Assembly (NCBI GenBank): GCA_030265965.1
Contig: JAJDHA010000003.1
Location: forward strand, 4,418 to 68,417
Reading direction: 5' to 3'
Length of the DNA: 64,000 nucleotides
From: Odoribacter sp. OttesenSCG-928-L07
GTDB taxonomy: Bacteria > Bacteroidota > Bacteroidia > Bacteroidales > BM520
The notes under the pieces: generated by a model
Told to the model about the DNA's origin: nothing
The model's database searches: none
What the model saw: only the letters and a program-made list of their open reading frames with translations
Position numbers and translations under genes: made by a program
Shown: one piece after another, positions 18,201-26,249 of the stretch
Numbering within the stretch: position 1 is the stretch's first letter
Layout of the letters: every line of letters starts with the position of its first letter

Positions 18201-18357
18201 ATATTATGATTATTATGTGTCTGATATTGAGTATAATGTCAGTGCATTGTATCGTATTTATACTATGTGTAGAGATAATGGATTAACAGATTTGGCGCTT
18301 CAGTATGGTGATGAATTAAATCCATTAGTAAAAATGTTATACGGCACAGAATTATAG
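15229..18357 (+). CDS. DUF2723 (TMEM260-like, GT-C fold) polytopic membrane protein, copy 2 (tandem paralogue)
   Basis: 1042 aa, collinear with copy 1 over its whole length. Has its own heptad promoter cassette. Confidence 0.75.
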   Translation: MIKKNDYKLWNNILGWLVFLIATITYFCTLEPTASWWDCGEYISTAYKLQVGHPPGAPTFQLIGRFFSMFAFGNVENVAMMVNVMSALCSSFTILFLFWTITMLAKKIVAPNIDLNVNSQENKNKSLIIFGAGIIGALAYTFSDTFWFSAVEGEVYAMSSLCTAIVFWAILKWEEQSDEVAAAKWLIFIAYIIGLSIGVHLLNLLAIVAIALVIYYKKYKPTVKGFILTLLISFLVIAFILFALVPWVVSLAGAFELFFVNTLKMPFNVGTIVYFVLLIALLAFFWIWSTKKAKLIWNTIAISLVYILIGYSSFFILVIRANTNTPINEGSPSDAISMLAYLNREQYGETPVFYGPYYYGPYTYTPYAVDQQKRDFVWKETSKVYVKDPVTKRYILTDDGKPGMRQYQKEFMTVFPRMWNGTRQHYVDGYKSWAGIDDKKPNARMQYNGEAVYKPTFAENLKFLFNYQINHMYTRYFMWNFVGRQNDIEGHGGCDHGNWKSGINFIDSARLGDQKNMPDTLKDNPANNGFYFLPLILGLIGLIYHFKKSPQGGSVVMALFIMTGLAIIVYLNQQPYQPRERDYAYAGSFYAFTIWIGFGLIQIVEWLRKIMKNEKAVIATSFVVCMIIPVIMAAQGWDDHNRHGKYAARDFAENYLRGCLPNSVVISNGDNDTFPLWYVQEVEEFRTDIRVMNYMLSASDWYAHQMMRKVYDSERIPLTLKKDDYNKGVNDVVYFYDRGLNQPLDVKEFIQFLADGKLQTKMSGKTVNYYPTKTFKLKVNKEKVLANGIVPPELADQIVDEIVWTVNQGYLGKNDILFFDFLASFDWDRPLYFTNPGIVKEVFNVDKYSYLEGVVYKFIPIVPGNYVKNLGSVNAETSYDILVNKCRWGNLNDPKVTPDRESVRNTSIVRQNYYRVADALVKEGRKDSAEIVIDKVLEFFPHSQIQLEHSSIAFAEIYLKCGATEKAIDVMNILHDKYYYETMYYLGLESKYYDYYVSDIEYNVSALYRIYTMCRDNGLTDLALQYGDELNPLVKMLYGTEL

Positions 18358-19449
18358 TGCTTTGTAAACTTTTCCCGGCAGGCAACGTAAAGCTCCTTTT
18401 AACTCTAAATCAAGAAGCTCGCACGAAAGCCTGCCGACGGGAATATTCAGATTCTCGGAAATCTTATCAATATCACTGCCTGATTCATCTCGGATAAATT
18501 CAATAATCCTTTGTTGTACCTCATTTAGTTCGTAAAAAAGCTCCTGCTGAAGAACGTTATTCCTTATTTTATCATCCCAGTTCATATTTTCTATAATATC
18601 TTTTCCGGAAAGAATGATATAAGCTTGTTGTCTCTTTATTAAATTGTTACAACCGATAGAATATTTGTCGTTTATTCTTCCCGGAATTGCAAAGATATCT
18701 CTATTGTAGCTTTGAGCAATATAAGCTGTAATTAATGCTCCGCCTTTCTCAGCCGCTTCAACAATTAATACTGCATCACTTAATCCGGCGATAATTCTAT
18801 TTCGTTGAGGAAAATTTTCCCTATCAGGATTAGTACCTGAAATAAACTCGCTAATCAACGATCCATTAGATTCTATTGAGCGCGCTAAACTTGAATTTTT
18901 TGCCGGATATACTGTTTGTAAGCCATGACCAAGAACGGCAAAAGTATCCAATCTATATTTCAAACTGTTTTTATGCGCTTCGGTATCTATTCCGTAAGCT
19001 AATCCACTTATAATTCCTACATTGTAATCTGTAATTTCCGAAATTATTTTTTCGCACATTTGCCTTCCATAATCGGTAGCATTACGAGTTCCAACGATAG
19101 CAAGCATTCTGTTGTGCATTGGTAATGTATTTCCTCGAACGTATAAAATTACAGGTCCGTCGGCACATCTTTTTAATCTTATAGGATAATTATTATCAAA
19201 AAAACTAATTGCACGAATATTGTTTCTTTCGATAAATTGCATTTCCTTTTCAGCGCGAAGGAGAATTTCCCTGTTACCAATTCCATCAATTATGCCGTTG
19301 CTTACACCTTGAATTTTCATTAAATTGGTTTTCTTCTCTCTAAAAACTTCCTGTGCGCTGCCACAATGTGTAATTAATCTTTTTCCGTTGATAGCGCCAA
19401 CATTTGGTAAAAGCGTAACGGCGATAGTGTATAGAGTTTCTTCTTGCAT
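18352..19449 (-). CDS. dprA: DNA processing protein DprA (Smf)
   Basis: 365 aa. Rossmann-like core GLAYGIDTEAHKNSL...GGALITA and a C-terminal winged-helix-like tail. Confidence 0.9.
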   Translation of the reverse strand: MQEETLYTIAVTLLPNVGAINGKRLITHCGSAQEVFREKKTNLMKIQGVSNGIIDGIGNREILLRAEKEMQFIERNNIRAISFFDNNYPIRLKRCADGPVILYVRGNTLPMHNRMLAIVGTRNATDYGRQMCEKIISEITDYNVGIISGLAYGIDTEAHKNSLKYRLDTFAVLGHGLQTVYPAKNSSLARSIESNGSLISEFISGTNPDRENFPQRNRIIAGLSDAVLIVEAAEKGGALITAYIAQSYNRDIFAIPGRINDKYSIGCNNLIKRQQAYIILSGKDIIENMNWDDKIRNNVLQQELFYELNEVQQRIIEFIRDESGSDIDKISENLNIPVGRLSCELLDLELKGALRCLPGKVYKAL

Positions 19450-19460
19450 GATTTTTGGTT

Positions 19461-19499
19461 TATAGACAGAATGACATAATTTTCAGGATTAACAGAATT
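19461..19499 (+). repeat. 37-bp boundary element
   Basis: TATAGACAGAATGACATAATTTTCAGGATTAACAGAATT, between the dprA start and the DUF1016 remnant stop. Confidence 0.9.
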
Positions 19500-19897
19500 T
19501 ATTCTTTAATTATACATTTCACTTCTTCGATTAGTTCTTCTTTGTTGGGAAGAATTGTTACATGTCTTGATGCAATATGACTCCAACTTAGGTGTCCAGA
19601 CACTGTCTGGACACTTGGATATTCTTGATAAAATTTCCTCATATTAAAGAGATTAGAGCGTGAAAACCCTTTGCCAACTTCTTTTGTGAGTTGTTTAGAC
19701 AGATTTAAAATTATTTGTCTTGACGTCTGGTTATCAATATTATTTTTATTTTCCATGTCAATAATCTCTTTCCCTATAAGCCAATAAGTGTTTATCAACT
19801 CATTGTTAATTCTTTGATAAATATTGCCTTTAGCATTTGCGACAATTTTCTTAATATTTTTTACTAAAATATTGTCAATTTTTTTAGGATAAGTCAT
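19499..19897 (-). pseudogene. DUF1016 (YhcG-type PD-(D/E)xK nuclease) remnant with in-frame loss of the nuclease core
   Basis: 132 aa. N-terminal ~105 aa match the DUF1016 N-domain (NELINTYWLIGKEI...GKGFSRSNLFNMRKFYQEYP...LSWSHI). It then jumps directly to a C-terminal-tail-like ILPNKEELIEEV. Full-length family members are about 340-370 aa. Confidence 0.5.
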
Positions 19898-19990
19898 GTC
19901 TTTCTATGTTTATTTCTTATATATTAAAAACTTCCACGCACGTAAAGACGTACGTAACATTGTAATTACGCAACAAAGACGGTATCTGCC

Positions 19991-20118
19991 CGTCACTTCG
20001 TCACCCCGTCACTCGTCACTTCGTCACTCGTCACCCCGTCACCCCGTCACTTCGTCACTTTGTCACTCCGTCACTCCGTCACCCGTCACTCGTCACTCCG
20101 TCACCCGTCACTCGTCAC
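19991..20118 (+). repeat. GTCACNC heptad/octad array (~128 bp)
   Basis: CGTCACTTCGTCACCCCGTCACTCGTCACTTCGTCACTCGTCACCCCGTCAC.... Confidence 0.95.
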
Positions 20119-20166
20119 ATATTTAATATTAATCACGAAATATTCAAAATGTCTCAAAAAATATTA

Positions 20167-20174
20167 TAAATTTG
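20167..20174 (+). promoter_or_regulatory. -7 box TAAATTTG (lgt)
   Basis: 17 nt before ATG 20192. Confidence 0.5.
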
Positions 20175-20191
20175 CATAAATTTTTTTCAGC

Positions 20192-20989
20192 ATGATATTG
20201 AATTATATAAGGTGGAACTTTAATCCGCAGGTTTTCCCAAATACAAACATACATATAGCATGGTATGGGGTGCTTTTCGCGTTGGGAATTTATTTATGCT
20301 ATTTAATCTTGGGCTACGCTTTTAAAAGAGAAGGAATCGGTGAAAAGGTTTTGGATAAAACTTCTTTATGGTTGCTTTTGGCTTTGGTTGTTGGCGCTCG
20401 ATTAGGTCATTGTATTTTTTATGAGCCTGCATACTATTTCAGTAATCCTATTAGAATACTTAAAGTCTGGGAAGGCGGACTGGCAAGTCACGGGGCTGCA
20501 ATAGCGCTTCCATTTACAGTTTGGCTCCTTGCACGAAAATACAAATTCGATCCTATTTGGTATCTCGATAGATTGGTAATTGGAGTTGCAATTGCCGGCG
20601 CATTAATCAGATTGGGAAATTTCTGTAATTCGGAGATTTATGGAATTGAAACAACACTTCCTTGGGGAGTAATCTTCGAAAGAAACGGAGAAACCGTACC
20701 GAAACATCCAACTCAACTTTATGAAGCTTTATCTTGCATTATTACATTTCTAATCCTCTTCTTTATCTACAAAAAGAAAGGAAAAGATACTCCCAACGGA
20801 TTATTGTTCGGATTATTCTTAGTGTTGATATTTACTTTTAGGTTTTTTGTGGAATATATTAAGAATCCGCAAGTTCCATTCGAAATGGGTATGAAATTAT
20901 ATATGGGACAAATATTGTCGATACCATTTATTTTGATAGGAATATTCTTTTTAATCAGAAGTTATGTTAAAAGCACAATAAAAAAGTAA
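20192..20989 (+). CDS. lgt: Prolipoprotein diacylglyceryl transferase
   Basis: 265 aa polytopic protein. GGLASHGAAI and HPTQLYEA motifs. Confidence 0.9.
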   Translation: MILNYIRWNFNPQVFPNTNIHIAWYGVLFALGIYLCYLILGYAFKREGIGEKVLDKTSLWLLLALVVGARLGHCIFYEPAYYFSNPIRILKVWEGGLASHGAAIALPFTVWLLARKYKFDPIWYLDRLVIGVAIAGALIRLGNFCNSEIYGIETTLPWGVIFERNGETVPKHPTQLYEALSCIITFLILFFIYKKKGKDTPNGLLFGLFLVLIFTFRFFVEYIKNPQVPFEMGMKLYMGQILSIPFILIGIFFLIRSYVKSTIKK

Positions 20990-21077
20990 GGAAATACATT
21001 ATAAAAATACTAGGGTGTTTTCATAGTTCTTTTTTTACCCTAAATTTATTAATTAGTTTTTTTAGTTCTATTTGTAG

Positions 21078-21113
21078 AAAAGCCGATACTTTGTTATCGG
21101 CTTTTCTTATTTT
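21078..21113 (+). terminator. Intrinsic terminator after lgt
   Basis: Stem AAAAGCCGATA / TATCGGCTTTT (21078-21088 and 21095-21105) followed by a T-rich tail. Confidence 0.7.
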
Positions 21114-21115
21114 GT

Positions 21116-21206
21116 GTCACTCGTCACTCGTCACCCGTCACCCGTCACTCGTCACCCGTCACTTGTCACTCGTCACTTGTCACTCAGTCACTTCGTCACC
21201 CGTCAC
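21116..21206 (+). repeat. GTCACNC array (~91 bp)
   Basis: GTCACTCGTCACTCGTCACCCGTCACCCGTCACTCGTCAC.... The last unit holds the M20 stop. Confidence 0.95.
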
Positions 21207-22573
21207 ATCACAATCTTCGCATACTCCAAATAGAAGTTCGCAATTGTTTCAATCCCTTTGTAGAAATTATATAACGGATAATTTTCATTAGGCGAATGAA
21301 TTGCGTCGCTACTTAATCCGAAGCCCATAAGAACGCTCTTTACACCAAGAATATCCTCAAATCCTGCGATAATAGGAATGGAGCCGCCGCTACGAACAGG
21401 GATCGGAGTTTTGCCGTAAACATTTTCAAAAGCTTTTTCAGCAGCTTTGTATGCCGGCAAAGTTATCGGGCAATTATATGCTTGTCCGCCGTGCATCTCT
21501 GTAACTTTTACTTGTACATAATCCGGAGCAACTTTCTCGAAATATTCTTTTACTAACTTGGATATCTTATGATTATCTTGGTCAGGTACTAAACGACATG
21601 ATAATTTCGCATAAGCTTTTGAAGGAATGACAGTCTTTGAACCTTCTCCTGTATATCCGCCCCAAATTCCACAAACATCAAATGTTGGTCTAATCCAAGT
21701 ACGTTCATTTGTTGTATAACCTGTTTCACCCCATAAAGCTTTAACTCCTAATGCATTCTTGTAATCATCTTCACTGTATGGAGCCTTTTTCATCATTTCT
21801 CTTTCAGCATCTGAAAAATTTAACACATCATCATAAAATCCGGGAATGGTAATGTGATTATTTTCGTCAAGAACGTCTGTCAACATTTTGCATAAAATAT
21901 TGATTGGATTTGCAACTGCGCCGCCAAATAGTCCGGAATGTAAATCTTTGTTAGGACCTGTAACTTCGATTTCCCAATAAGCCAAGCCTCTTAACCCTGC
22001 CGTAATTGATGGAACATCTTGCGCAATCATGCTTGTATCGGAAACAAGAAATACATCTGCTTTCAGCATATCTTTATGATCTCTACAGAATTGGTAAAGA
22101 TTTGTAGAACCAATTTCTTCTTCTCCTTCGATTAAAAACTTCACATTACAAGACAATTTGCCAGATTTCATGAGTAATTCAAATGCTTTAGCGTGCATAT
22201 AACCTTGACCTTTATCGTCATCTGCTCCACGACCGTAAATGATGCCGTCTTTTACAACAGGCTCAAATGGCGGAGTATTCCATAATTCTATTGGGTCAAC
22301 AGGCATAACATCCATGTGTCCATAAACCAAAACGGTTGGTAATTTCGGATCAATAATTTTTTCTCCGTAAGTTACTGGATTGCCCGGTGTATCATAAACC
22401 TCTGCTTTGTCGGCGCCGGCATCAAGTATCGCCTTTTTCCAATATTCCGCTGCACGATACATATCAGGTTTGTGTTCCGCAATCGAACTTATCGACGGAA
22501 TGCGAATAAGTTCAAATAATTCTTCAAGAAAACGATCTTTGTTTTCTTCGATGTAATTTTTAATAAAATCCAT
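21203..22573 (-). CDS. M20 family dipeptidase / metallohydrolase
   Basis: 456 aa. YGHMDVMPV and GRGADDDKGQ metal-site motifs. Stop TGA lies in the last unit of a GTCAC array. Confidence 0.85.
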   Translation of the reverse strand: MDFIKNYIEENKDRFLEELFELIRIPSISSIAEHKPDMYRAAEYWKKAILDAGADKAEVYDTPGNPVTYGEKIIDPKLPTVLVYGHMDVMPVDPIELWNTPPFEPVVKDGIIYGRGADDDKGQGYMHAKAFELLMKSGKLSCNVKFLIEGEEEIGSTNLYQFCRDHKDMLKADVFLVSDTSMIAQDVPSITAGLRGLAYWEIEVTGPNKDLHSGLFGGAVANPINILCKMLTDVLDENNHITIPGFYDDVLNFSDAEREMMKKAPYSEDDYKNALGVKALWGETGYTTNERTWIRPTFDVCGIWGGYTGEGSKTVIPSKAYAKLSCRLVPDQDNHKISKLVKEYFEKVAPDYVQVKVTEMHGGQAYNCPITLPAYKAAEKAFENVYGKTPIPVRSGGSIPIIAGFEDILGVKSVLMGFGLSSDAIHSPNENYPLYNFYKGIETIANFYLEYAKIVM

Positions 22574-22613
22574 AATTTATATTTTTTTTAATTAATAATT
22601 TTTAATTTTTATT

Positions 22614-22684
22614 CCCAAGCCTAACGGCTTTGGGCTGAATTGTGACGGCGCTTCGCGCCTATTGATATGAATCCCCTGCGGGGA
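22614..22684 (+). repeat. Three-hairpin GC-rich composite element
   Basis: CCCAAGCC-TAAC-GGCTTTGGG, GGCGC-TTC-GCGCC and TCCCC-TGC-GGGGA in fixed order and spacing. Confidence 0.85.
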
Positions 22685-22752
22685 TGGTTTTACCGCTGCG
22701 GTTCTTGCCATTACGTATCTTGTACAGACGCATTGTCGGGCATTTCTCGTGG

Positions 22753-22799
22753 AGACGCACGGCCGTGCGTCTGTACGTGAGACGCACGGCCGTGCGTCT
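22753..22799. repeat. Two tandem AGACG...CGTCT hairpin modules
   Basis: AGACGCACGGCCGTGCGTCT at 22753-22772 and 22780-22799. The second supplies the stop codon of the CNNM gene. Confidence 0.85.
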
Positions 22800-24068
22800 C
22801 TACGTGATTAATTTCGTGACCATGATTTTGTCAATCCTTGCGCCATCCATATCTACGATTTGAAACTCCAAACCGTTCCACTCGAATTTGTCGCCGGTCT
22901 TTGGAATTTTTTCTAAAATATCAAGAACTAAACCGCTTAAGGTTACAAAATTATTATTGTTGTACAAATATTCCATATCGAAATATTCGAGAAAATCATA
23001 AAAAGAACATTGCCCGTCAACTAAAACAACATTTTCATCTAAGACAGTAATTTCCAGCTCTTCACCAATATCTGGTATTGTACCGACAAGAGCTTCGACA
23101 ATATCCTGCATTGTCAAAATTCCTAACACGCTGCCAAACTCATCAATAACGATACTCGAACGTTTTCTTCCGGCTTTCATGTGACTTAAAGCGTCGTAAA
23201 CACTTAGAGTATCAGGAAGGTAATCGGGCTCGCACATAATGTCTTGAAGCGTGAAATTTTCATCATCAATCTTTCCGAAAAGATCTTTTAGATAGACAAC
23301 TCCTACAACTTCGTCCAATTCCTCATCACTCACAGGATACATATTGAAAAGATTTTCCTTGATCTTGTTGCTATTAACTTCATTACTATCATGAATATCA
23401 AGCCATACCAATTCGCTTCGATGTGTCATAATTGATTCAACATCTCTGTCGCCAAGATTAAAAACTCTTTCAACAATATCTTGTTCAACTTCTTGAATTT
23501 CACCATCTTCAGTTCCTTCTTGAATGATTGCTTTGATTTCTTCCTCAGTTACCTTAGTTTCATCAGCAGAAATTTTAAAAAGCTTTGCAAAGAATTTTGT
23601 ACTTTTAGATAAAATCCAAACAAAAGGTTTGCAAATTATTGACAAACTGTGCATTGGTTTAGCAATGATTTTTGCAATTTTTTCCGGCTTGCTCATTCCT
23701 AAACGTTTGGGTAACAATTCGCCGAAGATTAGAGTTAAGTAGGTAACAAGAATTACAATTATTACCTGTGCAATTGTATGCGCGCTGCTTTCCAAGAAGC
23801 TTATTTTTGCGATGAGCGGAGCTAATTGATCGGCAAAAGCTGCGCCGGAGAAGATACCGGTTAAAATACCGATTAAGGTGATACCAATCTGTATTGTAGA
23901 TAGAAAGTTATCAGGATTTTTGATTAATTTGATTACCGCATTTGCGTTGGAATTACCCTCTTTTGCGTCTTTTTCTAATCGGGCCTTTCGGGATGAAACC
24001 ACTGCAATCTCGCTCATGGAGAGAAATCCGTTGAGCAAGATCAGCCCGATAATTATAAATATTTCCAT
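22800..24068 (-). CDS. CNNM/DUF21-CBS-CorC family transporter (hemolysin-like)
   Basis: 422 aa. N-terminal 4-TM DUF21, a CBS pair and a CorC_HlyC-like tail. Stop TAG lies in a GC-rich hairpin module. Confidence 0.85.
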   Translation of the reverse strand: MEIFIIIGLILLNGFLSMSEIAVVSSRKARLEKDAKEGNSNANAVIKLIKNPDNFLSTIQIGITLIGILTGIFSGAAFADQLAPLIAKISFLESSAHTIAQVIIVILVTYLTLIFGELLPKRLGMSKPEKIAKIIAKPMHSLSIICKPFVWILSKSTKFFAKLFKISADETKVTEEEIKAIIQEGTEDGEIQEVEQDIVERVFNLGDRDVESIMTHRSELVWLDIHDSNEVNSNKIKENLFNMYPVSDEELDEVVGVVYLKDLFGKIDDENFTLQDIMCEPDYLPDTLSVYDALSHMKAGRKRSSIVIDEFGSVLGILTMQDIVEALVGTIPDIGEELEITVLDENVVLVDGQCSFYDFLEYFDMEYLYNNNNFVTLSGLVLDILEKIPKTGDKFEWNGLEFQIVDMDGARIDKIMVTKLIT

Positions 24069-24083
24069 TTTAAATTTGAATGA

Positions 24084-26222
24084 TTATTTTAAATTATCGT
24101 CGATGTAATTTTCGATTTTTTCATATAAATGTGCTCTGTCTATGCCTCTTACATTATGCTCATGTCCGGGATATACAAAATAATCTACTTGTTTTCTTGC
24201 TTTAATACAAGCATCGATAAAGCTTAAACTATGTTGCCAAACAACAACAGGATCTGTTGTGCAATGAATGAGCATTAATTTGCCTTTTAAATTATCGACA
24301 TAATTAATAAGATTACCGTTTTTATATCCATCGGGATTTGATTCAGGAGTATCCATATATCTTTCGCCGTACATTATTTCATAAAATTCCCATTGAATAA
24401 CCGGTCCGCCGGCAACACCAACTTTAAAAACATCCGGTTGTTTCAACATTAAAGAAGTAGTCATAAATCCGCCGTAGCTCCAGCCGTCAACAGACATTCT
24501 GTCGGTATCAACATAGGGTAACGAACGAAGATATTCTACGCCTTTCATTTGATCATCAACCTCGAGAACGCCGAGGTTACGGTGGATGCAATCTTCAAAA
24601 GCTTCGCCTCTGTTTGGCGTTCCTCTGTTATCCATAGAAAAAACAATGTACCCACGTTGCGCCCAACGAAGATCCCAAAAACCTGCGCCGGCATTCCAAG
24701 AATCTGTTACCATTTGCATGTGCGGTCCGCCGTAAACATAATAAAACACAGGATATTTCTTGTTCGGATCAAAATCCGAAGGCAAAATCATTCTGTAATA
24801 CAAATCATCATTATTATCACTTTTTAATGTGCCGACAATAATTTCACATTGTTTGTAATCCTTCAAAGGATTTGCATCTTCTTGTAGAGTTTTTGCAATC
24901 TTTCCATTAATATCAACAATATTTATTACTCTTGTTGTTTCGGTATTGCTGTAATTATCAATAAAATAATCTTTGTTAGGAGACAAATAACAATAATGAG
25001 TTCCGTGAATATTAGTTAATCTTTTAATCGACTGATCTTTAGTTTTTACAGCGTAAAGATTATTTTCTATCGGACTGTCATAAGTGCCCATAACGTAGAT
25101 TATATCTTCATTTTTATTGAAGTCGATAATCTCTGTCACTTCCCAATTTCCTTTTGTAAGTTGTTTAATTAAGTTTCCATCAGTATTATAAAGATAGAGA
25201 TGATTCCAGCCGTCGCGGCGCGATTGCCATATAAATTTATTTTTATCTTTCGAAATAAATGCCAAAGGATTTTGAGGCTCAACATATTGCTCGTCGGTTT
25301 CCTCAAATAATGTTTTAATTAAATCGCCGGTTGCAACATCATATTTGTTTAATTTCAAATGATTTTGATCACGATTTAATACTGCGATATAAATATATTT
25401 CTCCGATGGATCCCAAGTTACTGAAGTCAAGTATTGGTTTACAGGGTCACCGGTTTTCATATAAACTATTTTTCCAGTATTAACGTTGTAAACTCCAAGA
25501 GTAGCTTCATGACTTGTCATTCCTGCCATTGGGTATTTTGTGTTTTCGACAGCAGCAATTCTTTTTGTGATATCTACGAGTGGATAATCAGCGACCATGC
25601 TTTCATCCAAGCGATAGAACGCGAGGAAGTTATCATTTGGCGACCAAAAAGTTCCTTTGCTGATTCCAAATTCGCTTCTGTGAACACCATCCGGACCGTA
25701 TGATACGCCTTCTTTTTCCGATTTTGCGATGCAAGTATTTTCGCCGTTTTTGGAAATGTATAAATCGGCGCCATCAGTATAGGCGTAGATGTATGAGTTT
25801 CCTTTATCAAGATTTTCGCCTTCGGGACGAGTATCAAGTTTTGTTATTTCTTTATTAGAAAGTTTGAATGAGTAAATGTCATTCATCACAGAAAAGCTGA
25901 AAACATTTTTATCAGTCCAGCTTATAGAAGGAAAACGATTTGAAAATGATATCTCAAATTCGCTATTTTCAGCAGCAGAATTCAATTCTTCCAAAGTTAA
26001 TAATGTTTTTTCCTTATTGCTTTTTGCATTATTGCTAATCAACGCATTGTCTTTAACAAAAGAATAATCCGAAGTTTCCGGAATCCACTGAAGATTTTGG
26101 ATGTTTTTGGGAAATAACTCCCTGTTCATATAAATACAATCTTCGAGTGTAAAAGTCTTCTCTTGAGCAAATAAGAACATAGAAGACAATAATAAAATTA
26201 AAAAAGTTGATATTTTTCGCAT
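24084..26222 (-). CDS. Dipeptidyl-peptidase IV (S9B serine peptidase)
   Basis: 712 aa. Signal peptide, beta-propeller N-domain and catalytic VDGWSYGGFMT. TATCTTTG box 19 nt upstream. Confidence 0.88.
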   Translation of the reverse strand: MRKISTFLILLLSSMFLFAQEKTFTLEDCIYMNRELFPKNIQNLQWIPETSDYSFVKDNALISNNAKSNKEKTLLTLEELNSAAENSEFEISFSNRFPSISWTDKNVFSFSVMNDIYSFKLSNKEITKLDTRPEGENLDKGNSYIYAYTDGADLYISKNGENTCIAKSEKEGVSYGPDGVHRSEFGISKGTFWSPNDNFLAFYRLDESMVADYPLVDITKRIAAVENTKYPMAGMTSHEATLGVYNVNTGKIVYMKTGDPVNQYLTSVTWDPSEKYIYIAVLNRDQNHLKLNKYDVATGDLIKTLFEETDEQYVEPQNPLAFISKDKNKFIWQSRRDGWNHLYLYNTDGNLIKQLTKGNWEVTEIIDFNKNEDIIYVMGTYDSPIENNLYAVKTKDQSIKRLTNIHGTHYCYLSPNKDYFIDNYSNTETTRVINIVDINGKIAKTLQEDANPLKDYKQCEIIVGTLKSDNNDDLYYRMILPSDFDPNKKYPVFYYVYGGPHMQMVTDSWNAGAGFWDLRWAQRGYIVFSMDNRGTPNRGEAFEDCIHRNLGVLEVDDQMKGVEYLRSLPYVDTDRMSVDGWSYGGFMTTSLMLKQPDVFKVGVAGGPVIQWEFYEIMYGERYMDTPESNPDGYKNGNLINYVDNLKGKLMLIHCTTDPVVVWQHSLSFIDACIKARKQVDYFVYPGHEHNVRGIDRAHLYEKIENYIDDNLK

Positions 26223-26241
26223 AATAAAAAAATGATTTTTG

Positions 26242-26249
26242 CAAAGATA
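26242..26249 (-). promoter_or_regulatory. -7 box TATCTTTG (DPP-IV / CNNM operon)
   Basis: Reverse complement of CAAAGATA, 19 nt before ATG 26222. Confidence 0.5.

Noticed and set aside
18352-18357. Convergent stop-codon overlaps: TTATAG shared by DUF2723 copy 2 and dprA, and a similar 4-nt overlap of murB and the lipoprotein gene at 3744-3747.
   Set aside because: This is common genome compaction. There is no evidence of regulatory significance.
19896-20126. Track ORFs translating GTCAC arrays (19896-20126, 21091-21291, 38241-38472, 41823-42139, 42436-42757), giving VTRHSSLVTRH-type low-complexity peptides.
   Set aside because: They exist only because the GTCAC strand lacks stop codons in all frames. 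They show no start context and no promoter, they overlap real gene ends, and their composition is pure tandem repeat.
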